From positions 1 through 56,098 of the IMG/VR virus record IMGVR_UViG_3300048625_000523: 56,098 bases of DNA, one strand, 5' to 3'. The DNA is from a virus. Its lineage: Duplodnaviria; Caudoviricetes. The stretch's first letter is position 1; every line of letters starts with the position of its first letter. The position numbers and the translations under genes were made by a program. The notes under the pieces are model-generated. The model made no database searches. It was not told the origin of the DNA and was given only the letters and a program-made list of their open reading frames with translations. Positions 33,690-42,419 of the stretch are shown in pieces.

Positions 33690-36192
33690 AAAGAACCACT
33701 CCTACGGCAGCACAGTGCCGGCACCTGCTGAAGAATTGGCAGAATTGGCGGACGAAGCACGCGAGGATTCGGACGGCAGCTACTTGGCGGAGATTGAAGA
33801 CGCAGAGGGCGAAGAAGGCGACATTGTAGAGATGGAAGACGGTTCAGCCATCGTAGTTGTCAAGGATAAAGAAGATCCCGAGGACGGAGAATTTTTGACG
33901 AACTTGGCTTCGAAGATTTCAGCTACTGCAAGACACCGTATTGGCAGCATGTTGGCAGAACTGCTTGAACACGATGTGGAAGCTCGCAAAGAGCGCGACA
34001 AGCAGTATGCCGAAGGCATTATGCGCATGGGCATCCAAGGCGAGACCAAGGGTGGGGCTCAGTTCGAGGGGGCCAGCCGCGCAGCGCACCCGGTGTTGAT
34101 GGAAGGGTGCATTGATTTTATGTCGCGCACAATGAAGGAAACATTCCCATCCAAAGGGCCTGTACGCGCACATATCGTGGGGAGTTCAGACGAAAAGAAA
34201 ATTCTGCGCGCACGCAAGAAGCAGCAGTTGCTGAACTACCAACTGACACAACAAGTATCTGAATACCCATTCGAGCAAGAACAGTTGTTGATGCAACTGC
34301 CACTCGCAGGGTCTCAGTACAAACGATGGAGGTGGGAACCCTCGCTGAACCGACCTTGTTGTGAGTTCGTACCCCAAGACAAAGTAGTCATCCCAGCCAC
34401 GGCATCAAATATCTACACTGCCAATCGATTCGCAATTGTGTTGTCGGTCACAGCAGAAGATTTCGAAGAGCGGATGGACACAGGGTTCTATTGGCGGCCT
34501 GATGGCAAAGTACCGTCAGACGTGCCCGAGCCCGAGCGCACGGCGACGGAAGATGCTTCGAACCGTGTGGCAGGGCTCACAGACACAGCGTACAACGACG
34601 ACGGCGAACGTAAGATGTACGAAGTGTACACGTGGCTGGAGATTGAAGAAGACGCAGAGAGCGGAGGCGAAAGGGCTCCATACATCGTACATTTGGATGA
34701 TGCAAATGACGAAGTTGTTGGGGTGTATCGCAATTGGAAGGAATCCGACGAACTGCGGCGCAAGCTGGACTGGGTGGTGGAATACACATTCATACCTTGG
34801 CGTGGGCCGCTGGGGTTGGGGTTGTACCACGTGGTGGGCTCCCTCAGTATTGCAGCCACAGGTGCCCTGCGTGCGATTCTAGATTCTGCACTGCTCAACA
34901 CCATGCCAGGTGGTGTCAAGGTCAAGGGGGGTGGCAATGCACAAACCATCGAACTGAGACCGTTGGAGTTTGCAGAAGTTGATATTGGTGGGGTGGATGA
35001 CATTCGCAAAGCCATCATGCAACTATCACTACCCCCCACGTCTCCTGTGCTGTTCCAGGTTTTGCAATGGCTGACAGATCAAGCGAAAGGTGTTGTCAGC
35101 ACTGCGGAAGAAACTATTGCCAACGCTTCGAACAACATGCCTGTTGGCACCGCGCTGGCACTAATTGAACAAGGCAGCCAGGTTTTCAGCGCATTGCATG
35201 CACGCATCCACCGGTCACAAGCCAAAGAACTTGAAATTCTGTGTCGGCTGAATGGACAATACCTGACCGACGAAATGCAGCAAGACACGATAGGCGAAGT
35301 GCTTTGTTCGCGCGAAGACTTTGAAACCGCAGACGGCGTGCAGCCTGTGTCAGACCCCAACATCTTCAGCGATTCACAACGCTACGCACAATTGCAAGCA
35401 GTTATGCAATTGGCAGAACAACACCCAGAATTGTACGATATTGCGGCGCTGCATCGCAGAGCCTTGACCCTGTTGAACTACCAAGACAGTGAAGAAATTC
35501 TCAAGGTTCAACCAGCACCATTCCACGCCAACGCAGTTGCTGAGAATGTGGCAGTGTCGCAAGGTGCGGTGCTTGTTGCAGCCCCCACAGACGACCCACT
35601 CGCACACTTAGTGGGGCATCTGCAATACATGCTGGATCCATTGCTGAGCATGACGCTCAACCCACAAGCGTACAATGGGTTGTGGCAACATTGTCTGCAA
35701 CACATTTCGTTCTACTATGCAACACAAATGCAGCAAGCTGCGAATGAAGCAGTTGGAGAGGATTTGGAAGAAATGGCAGGCAGTTCGGAAGGCCACGCAT
35801 TGGTGGATTCAACATTGGCAGCACAAGTAGAGTTGGTGCAAGAGCAAATCAAAGGTGCTTTGCAGCCACTGACACCACTGCTGCAAGCAGCGATGCAGAA
35901 ATTGCAAGCAATGCAACCCCCACAACCACCAGTGCCGATGGATCCGGTCATTGCAGCGCTGCAAGAGACCAAGCGTCGTGCAGACAAAGATGCTGTGGAC
36001 GCGCAGCAAGCTATGCAGAAATTGATTGTCGAAATGCGCATGGGCATGGAAGCATTGCAACGACAACGAGACAAAGATGCAAAAGATTTTCAAGCTGCAC
36101 TACTGAACGTAGTTGCAAAGGTGTCCCCCGATTCAGCTGCCGTTGGGGTGTCTGCCGCATTGTCCACAGGTGGCGCAGGAGTACAGCAATGA
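33673..36192 (+). CDS. Portal protein
   Basis: 839 aa, positioned after terL. HPVLMEGC, LPLAGSQYK, PVGTALALIEQG, PVSDPNIFS. Q-rich C-terminal region. Confidence 0.85.
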   Translation: MPTQPEKNHSYGSTVPAPAEELAELADEAREDSDGSYLAEIEDAEGEEGDIVEMEDGSAIVVVKDKEDPEDGEFLTNLASKISATARHRIGSMLAELLEHDVEARKERDKQYAEGIMRMGIQGETKGGAQFEGASRAAHPVLMEGCIDFMSRTMKETFPSKGPVRAHIVGSSDEKKILRARKKQQLLNYQLTQQVSEYPFEQEQLLMQLPLAGSQYKRWRWEPSLNRPCCEFVPQDKVVIPATASNIYTANRFAIVLSVTAEDFEERMDTGFYWRPDGKVPSDVPEPERTATEDASNRVAGLTDTAYNDDGERKMYEVYTWLEIEEDAESGGERAPYIVHLDDANDEVVGVYRNWKESDELRRKLDWVVEYTFIPWRGPLGLGLYHVVGSLSIAATGALRAILDSALLNTMPGGVKVKGGGNAQTIELRPLEFAEVDIGGVDDIRKAIMQLSLPPTSPVLFQVLQWLTDQAKGVVSTAEETIANASNNMPVGTALALIEQGSQVFSALHARIHRSQAKELEILCRLNGQYLTDEMQQDTIGEVLCSREDFETADGVQPVSDPNIFSDSQRYAQLQAVMQLAEQHPELYDIAALHRRALTLLNYQDSEEILKVQPAPFHANAVAENVAVSQGAVLVAAPTDDPLAHLVGHLQYMLDPLLSMTLNPQAYNGLWQHCLQHISFYYATQMQQAANEAVGEDLEEMAGSSEGHALVDSTLAAQVELVQEQIKGALQPLTPLLQAAMQKLQAMQPPQPPVPMDPVIAALQETKRRADKDAVDAQQAMQKLIVEMRMGMEALQRQRDKDAKDFQAALLNVVAKVSPDSAAVGVSAALSTGGAGVQQ

Positions 36193-36416
36193 GCGGAGCA
36201 AATGGTGACAAGCCACTGCGCAAGCGGTTGGCGAGCGGTGAGAAGGTGTCGGTGACGAAGCTTGCAAATGGCGGTATGTGTGGCATGAACATGACTCCGA
36301 CCATCCCCAGTGGCAAGAAGAAGGTGTTTGCGCCCAACCCGATTACAGCAGCGAAGCGCAACAACGGCGTGCCAGGCTTCAAGAAGGGTGGCAAAGCCAA
36401 AGGGGGTTCAAAATGA
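36189..36416 (+). CDS. Small basic protein with xxGG motifs
   Basis: LANGG and FKKGGKAKGG. Confidence 0.65.
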   Translation: MSGANGDKPLRKRLASGEKVSVTKLANGGMCGMNMTPTIPSGKKKVFAPNPITAAKRNNGVPGFKKGGKAKGGSK

Positions 36417-36751
36417 ACACTTTTGAACTTCGATATTCTTCCGGGGCAACTGAAAAGCTTTGCACAGAACTGAAGACGGTTGCACAGGTTGCGAACCAAG
36501 TGTTCGGCATGTCGCTGGAAGAAGTGCGTGACTTTGGTGCGGATGTAGTTGCCGTGTCGACCACAGAAGCTCCTGCAGAGGTCGTAGAAGCTCCTGCAGA
36601 GGTCGTAGAAGCTCCTGCAGAGGTCGTAGAAGCTACTGCAGAGGTCGTAGAAGCTCCTGCAGAGGTCGTAGAAGCTCCTGCAGAGGTCGTAGAAGCTCCT
36701 GCAGAGGTCGTAGAAGCTCCTGCAGCAAAGAAAGCAGGCAAAGCCAAGTGA
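36413..36751 (+). CDS. Hypothetical protein with (EAPAEVV)7
   Basis: ATGA overlap. Acidic repeat followed by a basic tail. Confidence 0.65.
   Translation: MNTFELRYSSGATEKLCTELKTVAQVANQVFGMSLEEVRDFGADVVAVSTTEAPAEVVEAPAEVVEAPAEVVEATAEVVEAPAEVVEAPAEVVEAPAEVVEAPAAKKAGKAK
36565..36725. repeat. 21-bp tandem repeat, about 7.7 copies
   Basis: (AGAAGCTCCTGCAGAGGTCGT)n with a single substitution. Confidence 0.98.
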
Positions 36752-36936
36752 GCGGGTATTTAACGGTTCGAGAGGCTTGTACGAAGCTGGAAGCAGAGCG
36801 GGACAGGTTGGTATCCACTCTTGCAACGCAGCCAGCTTCGTCTTTGGAAGAGTATAAACACCGAGTTGGTGTTTGTGAGGGGCTTGTGAGAGCACAAGCA
36901 ATATTGAAGTCAATTTCAGAGGAGGAAGATGCATGA
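36748..36936 (+). CDS. Hypothetical protein
   Basis: EEYKHRVGVCEGL. Immediately upstream of groES. Confidence 0.7.
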   Translation: MSGYLTVREACTKLEAERDRLVSTLATQPASSLEEYKHRVGVCEGLVRAQAILKSISEEEDA

Positions 36937-37376
36937 CGAAGATTCATGAATTGTTGCGAGAACAATTCCCGGATTTGTCGGAAGAGCAAGTTGAAGATCT
37001 ATTTCCGTCAGTGGATCCAGGTGTTGAACCCCTAGGGGCTCGTGTATTGGTGCAAATTCGCACCGCAAAGTCAGTCAGCAAAGGTGGCATTGTGTTGGCT
37101 GAAGAAACCCGCAAAGACGAGCAGTGGCAGACACAGGTTGCGCTTGTACTCAAACTCGGCCCATATGCTTTCCGCGATCGCGACGGAGAGCAGAATCTTG
37201 AAGTGTGGGCTCAACCAGGCAAGTTGGTACGGGTGCCACGATGGGGTGGAGACAGGCTAAATGTCGCAATCCCAGGCCGCCCACATGAAAAAGCCCTGTT
37301 TTGCATGTTCAAAGATCACGAATTGAGCGGGGTTGTCACAATCAACCCAATTCTCGTGGACAACTACTACATCTAG
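36933..37376 (+). CDS. groES: Co-chaperonin GroES-like protein
   Basis: EPLGARVLVQ...SKGGIVL...VLKLGP. Confidence 0.85.
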   Translation: MTKIHELLREQFPDLSEEQVEDLFPSVDPGVEPLGARVLVQIRTAKSVSKGGIVLAEETRKDEQWQTQVALVLKLGPYAFRDRDGEQNLEVWAQPGKLVRVPRWGGDRLNVAIPGRPHEKALFCMFKDHELSGVVTINPILVDNYYI

Positions 37377-37390
37377 AAAGGATTGCTGAC

Positions 37391-38407
37391 ATGAGCAATG
37401 AAGTATTTGAACTGAACACCCCCGCTACGGCTGAGCACGACATGCTTATTGACGAAGACGGTGGCTTGGTGGAGTCTTCCAACTTGTTGCAAGATTCTTC
37501 GGAGGAAGATATCGAAGAAGAGCACGGCGAAGAAGACAATGAGTCCGACGGTGCAAGCAGCACAGACGCTGATAGCGAAGACCCGCAAGAGCAGCGACGC
37601 ATCGAGCGCAGGGCCGAGCGCAAACGACGCGCACAAGCTCGACGAGCCCGCGAAGAAGGTACGGCACAATTATTGGCACAACTCAAGCAACAGAATGACC
37701 ACTTGGCAACGCAATTGGCTGCGGTGCAGCGCAATAGCGTGACCTCACAACTGGCACAGGTGGATGCGCGGATCAACGATTTGTCATTGCAAGAGCAAGC
37801 GCTGCTTGAACAACACGCACAGGCAGTGACGATGGCAGACGGCATTGCAGCATCTTCGGCCATGGACGGATTGGCGCAAACCCGTGCTACGCGGCAGGCA
37901 CTGGAAGCGGCCAAGGCCAATGCAGTGCGTGCGATGCAACAGCAAAACACTCGCAGGCCTGCGCCACAACAAATGCAACAGCCTGAAGAGTTGCCCCCGA
38001 TTGTGCAACGTCGAGCACAAGCTTTTATGGCGAAGGTGCCTTGGTATGATATCAACGGAGGTGACGAAAAGTCGGCGATGGTCATTGCGCTAGATGCATC
38101 TGTCACAAAGGATGGGTTTGACCCAGCTACAAAGGCGTATTGGGATGAGTTGGAGGCTCGCGTGAACAAATACTTGCCCAGCGCAAACGGTCGCAGCTAT
38201 AATCGCGAAGAGAATTCTGGTTCTGCACGCAGCCCGGTAGTTGGCAGTGTGCGGTCTGGGAAGACTGCAGACGGGAAGCAGGTGTTTCGGATCTCAGCTG
38301 AGCGAGTTCAGGCGATGAAAGACGCAGGCATGTGGGAAGACCCTGTTAAGCGCAAGAAGATGTTTGCGCGTTACCAAGAAGCAGACAAGAAAGGTGGTGC
38401 AGCATGA
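37391..38407 (+). CDS. Capsid scaffolding protein (putative)
   Basis: Acidic N-terminus, long coiled coil, upstream of the capsid genes. Confidence 0.65.
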   Translation: MSNEVFELNTPATAEHDMLIDEDGGLVESSNLLQDSSEEDIEEEHGEEDNESDGASSTDADSEDPQEQRRIERRAERKRRAQARRAREEGTAQLLAQLKQQNDHLATQLAAVQRNSVTSQLAQVDARINDLSLQEQALLEQHAQAVTMADGIAASSAMDGLAQTRATRQALEAAKANAVRAMQQQNTRRPAPQQMQQPEELPPIVQRRAQAFMAKVPWYDINGGDEKSAMVIALDASVTKDGFDPATKAYWDELEARVNKYLPSANGRSYNREENSGSARSPVVGSVRSGKTADGKQVFRISAERVQAMKDAGMWEDPVKRKKMFARYQEADKKGGAA

Positions 38408-38949
38408 GCAAGAACAATTCTCGCAATCGTGGTTCGCTGAACAGCGAAGACGACACACTGCTCAATGGTGTTGAAGACGACACAACATTGGTAAGTGAAG
38501 AAGACTTGATGCTCGAACTGCAGGCTGAAGGCATGCAAACAGCATTGCCGACAATCAAGCCTCCACCTGGATGGCACTACTGTTGGTTGTCCACAACCAA
38601 TCAGTACGACCATTTGGCACGCCGCACGCGCATGGGGTACCAACCCGTGCCGGCAGCAGAGGTACCTGGTGCAGAGTACCTTGTAGCCAAAGACGGGCAA
38701 TTTGAGGGTTGCATTACGTGCAACGAAATGGTTTTGTTCAAGATTCCAGATCGTCTGTATCAAATGATTATGACCCACAATCACCTGACTGCACCGCGTC
38801 AAGAGCAAGATAAACTCAGTGTTTCTATCAAGCAAAATTTCCGAGACTCGAAATACGGAGATTTGGCTAAAGAAATTGGGGATGGGTTTGTGGCTACGGA
38901 CGAAGACGCTCGACCTGTCCATGTGGGCCGGTCTCCTATCTTCACATAA
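38404..38949 (+). CDS. Head-module hypothetical protein
   Basis: PPGWHYCWLS...RMGYQPV. Confidence 0.65.
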   Translation: MSKNNSRNRGSLNSEDDTLLNGVEDDTTLVSEEDLMLELQAEGMQTALPTIKPPPGWHYCWLSTTNQYDHLARRTRMGYQPVPAAEVPGAEYLVAKDGQFEGCITCNEMVLFKIPDRLYQMIMTHNHLTAPRQEQDKLSVSIKQNFRDSKYGDLAKEIGDGFVATDEDARPVHVGRSPIFT

Positions 38950-38960
38950 AGGAGTGTACC

Positions 38961-39545
38961 ATGAGTTCATCTCTCGCTCCGTTCGGGCTGAAACCAATCT
39001 TCCACCCGAGCGGTCAGATTCGCGCCAATGAGCGCAAGAGCGGCATCGCTTCTGGCTACGCCACGGCAATCTACAAAGGTTCCCCCGTCGCGTTGAACAC
39101 CAGTGGTGTCTACATTATTGCAGCAGGCGGCTCCAGCTTCGTGGGAGCTTTCGCAGGGTGTGCATACACCACTTCCAGTGGTCAGCGTGTGGTGTCGTCG
39201 CAATGGACAGCCAGCGCTACCTACGCAAGTGACATGGTTGCGTACGCCTATGAGGATCCGGACATTGTGTACGCAATCCAGGCCGACGGAGCAGTTCCGC
39301 AGACTGGGGTTGGTGCGCACATGGATTTCTCGGGCGATTCAGGCTATGCGATTGGAGACGGCAACACCACTACAGGGCTGAGCACTGCAGCAGGTGAGAG
39401 CACACTGATTGCAGCAGCTTCGCAAGGCATGTTGCGGGTACTTGGGTTGCATGAAGTTCCGGGCAATGCTTGGAACGATACTTACACGCAAGTGCAAGTT
39501 CAAGTGGCTCGTCATCAATTCGTCGCCAACATTGTCGGCATCTAA
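38961..39545 (+). CDS. Capsid decoration/minor capsid protein (putative)
   Basis: APFGLKP, Gly/Ala/Ser-rich, strong SD, precedes the major capsid gene. Confidence 0.6.
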   Translation: MSSSLAPFGLKPIFHPSGQIRANERKSGIASGYATAIYKGSPVALNTSGVYIIAAGGSSFVGAFAGCAYTTSSGQRVVSSQWTASATYASDMVAYAYEDPDIVYAIQADGAVPQTGVGAHMDFSGDSGYAIGDGNTTTGLSTAAGESTLIAAASQGMLRVLGLHEVPGNAWNDTYTQVQVQVARHQFVANIVGI

Positions 39546-39560
39546 CAAGGGAGCATTATC

Positions 39561-40478
39561 ATGGTCATGCGATCTACTGACTTTCGCTCCATTGTGGAGC
39601 CCATTCTCAACGAAGTGTTTGATGGTGTTTATGATCAACGCGCCGATGAGTTCAAAGACGTGTTCCAAGTGGTCGACGGCACTCCGCGTCAATACCACGA
39701 AGAGCCTGTGCTGTACGGGTTCAATGCAGCTCCGGAACTCCCGGACGGCAAACCTGTGTCGTACGACGAAGGTGGTGTGTTGTTCATCAAGCGGTACATC
39801 TACAAGGTGTTCGGCTTGGCATACTCGATGACCCGCACGGTCATGGAAGACGGCGACCACATCCGACTCGGCAGCATCTACGCCAAGCATTTGGCACAAT
39901 CGCTCATCGAGACCAAAGAAACTCGTTGCGCGAACGTGCTGAACTACGCCTTCACTTCTGGGTACACTGGTGGGGATGGCATCATCCTGAACTCGGCATC
40001 ACACCCGATTCAAGGTGGTACGTTCAGCAACCTGCTTGGCACTGCAGCAACCCTGTCGCAAACATCTGTAGAACAGATGTGCATCCAGATTCGCGGCGCA
40101 GTGGACAATAATGGCAAGAAGATCCGACTCAAGCCTCTCAAGCTTGTTGTCAGCCCTTCGCAAGAGCTGCAAGCCGAAGTTGTTCGCAAGTCTGCGCTGC
40201 GCACTGGTTCGGGGTACGCCACGTACAACGATATCAATCCGATCAACTCCAAAGGCATGTTGGCAGAGGACACAGCCGTGTTGTCGCGTCTGACGTCCAC
40301 AACTGCTTGGTGGATCAAGACGGATGCTCCGGAAGGTCTGAAACTGATGATGCGTACTGCGCTCAAGAAGTCCATGGAAGGTGATTTCGAAACCGACTCC
40401 ATGCGCTACAAGGCTACGGAACGTTACATCGAAGGTTGGACTGACCCGCGTGGCGTGTTTGGCACTCCTGGCGTGTAA
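39561..40478 (+). CDS. Major capsid protein
   Basis: 305 aa. GGDG..L.SASHP and RYKATERY..GWTDPRG. Followed by a terminator. Confidence 0.88.
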   Translation: MVMRSTDFRSIVEPILNEVFDGVYDQRADEFKDVFQVVDGTPRQYHEEPVLYGFNAAPELPDGKPVSYDEGGVLFIKRYIYKVFGLAYSMTRTVMEDGDHIRLGSIYAKHLAQSLIETKETRCANVLNYAFTSGYTGGDGIILNSASHPIQGGTFSNLLGTAATLSQTSVEQMCIQIRGAVDNNGKKIRLKPLKLVVSPSQELQAEVVRKSALRTGSGYATYNDINPINSKGMLAEDTAVLSRLTSTTAWWIKTDAPEGLKLMMRTALKKSMEGDFETDSMRYKATERYIEGWTDPRGVFGTPGV

Positions 40479-40489
40479 TTGAAGCACTG

Positions 40490-40520
40490 AGAGACCCACT
40501 GTAGAGTGGGTCTCTTTGTT
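40490..40520 (+). terminator. Rho-independent terminator
   Basis: AGAGACCCACT-GTAG-AGTGGGTCTCT-TTGTT. Confidence 0.85.
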
Positions 40521-40569
40521 CAAATAGTAGCAGGCTGCTGAAGAGTAGCGTCTCATTGAAGGGTCAATC

Positions 40570-41553
40570 GTGAGCACTACTTCAGGCATGCTTGGCAACA
40601 CACAGATGACGGCCATACAGCTGATTGAATTAGCTGCTCGTCGTGCCAAGCTCAACCCCGAAACACTGACCGGCGAACAGCTTGAAGTTGCTGCGCTGGA
40701 TCTGTACCTGACAGTCACGCAATTGTCCACAGTTGGACTTCAATTGTGGGTGGTGGAAGGGGTCACCATATCACTGGAAGAAGGTCGCGGCACGTATCTT
40801 TTGTCTGTACCAGGATATGTAGAGGAACTCAAAGAAGTTGTTCTCCGCAGACTCACAGACACAGACACATTATCTGCCGACGCAGTAACGACCACACTCA
40901 CTTCCGCGCTGTATGACGCAGCACAGATGCAAAGTGTTGGGGTTGAATTTACAGCTACTCCCGCAGGGGTGGCACACTTGGAGCTGTTTGACGGAACTGC
41001 TTGGCAATCGGTCTCCGACGATACACGAATGTCCGATACGGTGCAGTGGTTTGTACCCCACAAGTTGTTTTCATCCACAAGAGCTCGTATTGTGTGGACA
41101 ACAGGCACTGCAGCAGCAGGCGACATTGTAGTTTCTACAAGCGTGAATGACAGACCATTGCAAGCCATGTCGCGAGACGAGTGGGCGCAACAACCGCGCA
41201 AGTTGCAAACAGGTGGGCAACCCACGCTGTGGTACTTGGAGCGACACACACAACCCAAGTTGAATCTGTTCCCAGCGCCGCAATCAGACACAGACCATTT
41301 GTTAGTGTGGTGGCGACGCAGGATGGAGGATGTAGGAGCACTGAGCAATTTGCTGGAAATACCGCCACGATGGTATGACCCCATTGTCACAGAATTGTCT
41401 GTGAGGCTTGGCACAGACATATCGGGTGCGGATGAAGTTCGCTTACAGACCAATGTTGCTGCAGCTGGAGCACGAACCACGATGGCAGCAGGGGCAGAAA
41501 CAGACAGTGGCTGTGTGCGGCTTAATTACGCTTTGTCGGGGTATACACGATGA
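40570..41553 (+). CDS. Head-tail adaptor/neck protein (putative)
   Basis: Position after the capsid gene. Contains GLQLW, GQPTLWY and LFPAP. Confidence 0.6.
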   Translation: MSTTSGMLGNTQMTAIQLIELAARRAKLNPETLTGEQLEVAALDLYLTVTQLSTVGLQLWVVEGVTISLEEGRGTYLLSVPGYVEELKEVVLRRLTDTDTLSADAVTTTLTSALYDAAQMQSVGVEFTATPAGVAHLELFDGTAWQSVSDDTRMSDTVQWFVPHKLFSSTRARIVWTTGTAAAGDIVVSTSVNDRPLQAMSRDEWAQQPRKLQTGGQPTLWYLERHTQPKLNLFPAPQSDTDHLLVWWRRRMEDVGALSNLLEIPPRWYDPIVTELSVRLGTDISGADEVRLQTNVAAAGARTTMAAGAETDSGCVRLNYALSGYTR

Positions 41554-41786
41554 GCAAATTTCTTTCTCCAATGATTTCAGGAGTTTGTCAAGCAATCGGC
41601 GTTTGCGATCGATGCAAGATGAAAGCACATCTTGTAGATTTGATAGCAGACCACGATAATCCTGGGTTGCGGGTGCATGAAGCTTGCGCAGATGTGCGAG
41701 ACCCATATAAATTGGCTCCTCGTCTGACTGAACGAATTGTTGTCAGAAACCCCCGTAGGGATGACGATGAGGCTGTGAGAACATGA
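41550..41786 (+). CDS. Small Zn-binding virion-module protein
   Basis: CDRC...H..C.D. Confidence 0.6.
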   Translation: MSKFLSPMISGVCQAIGVCDRCKMKAHLVDLIADHDNPGLRVHEACADVRDPYKLAPRLTERIVVRNPRRDDDEAVRT

Positions 41787-42418
41787 GCGCCGAAACAATG
41801 ACCTTCGCCACGTTGCAGACGGATGCGCTGAACTATGTGGAGCGTACGTCGGATGAAGAATTGACGACACAATTGCCACGATTGGTGATGTTGGCCGAAG
41901 ATTGGTTGTCCCGCAACATTCGCGGTCTGGGCAAGCAAAATATCATCCGAGGCGAACTGACCCAAAGTGACAACGTGTTGGTGAAGCCTGCACGGTGGCG
42001 AGAAACCAACTACATTCGAGTGTTGGTGGCAGGCCAGTGGCAAATTCTTCGCAAACGCACACTCACATTTTGCCAACAGTATTGGCAAACTTTGTCTGTC
42101 GAATCAGTGCCAATGTATTACGCAGACTACGACTATGACCGTTGGTTTGTGGCAGCCACACCGGACGATAATTACACAATAGAAGTTGGCTTCTATGAGA
42201 AGCCCGCCCCATTGTCTTCGGAAGCCCAAGAAAATTGGACCACACAGAACGCACCTGCATTGTTATTGAATGCCACATTGGCAGAAGTGCACGGGTTTCT
42301 AAAGAATTATGAAGCGGAAGGGCGTTACCGCCAAATGGCTTCCGCAGGTGCTGCAGATATTCTGCAAGAAGCTTCTCGTCGATTGTCCGATGCTTCAGCT
42401 AACAGAGTAGAGGGTTGA
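41783..42418 (+). CDS. Tail tubular/adaptor protein (putative)
   Basis: PMYYA, VAATPD, NWTT.NAP.LLL. Confidence 0.6.
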   Translation: MSAETMTFATLQTDALNYVERTSDEELTTQLPRLVMLAEDWLSRNIRGLGKQNIIRGELTQSDNVLVKPARWRETNYIRVLVAGQWQILRKRTLTFCQQYWQTLSVESVPMYYADYDYDRWFVAATPDDNYTIEVGFYEKPAPLSSEAQENWTTQNAPALLLNATLAEVHGFLKNYEAEGRYRQMASAGAADILQEASRRLSDASANRVEG

Positions 42419-42419
42419 T

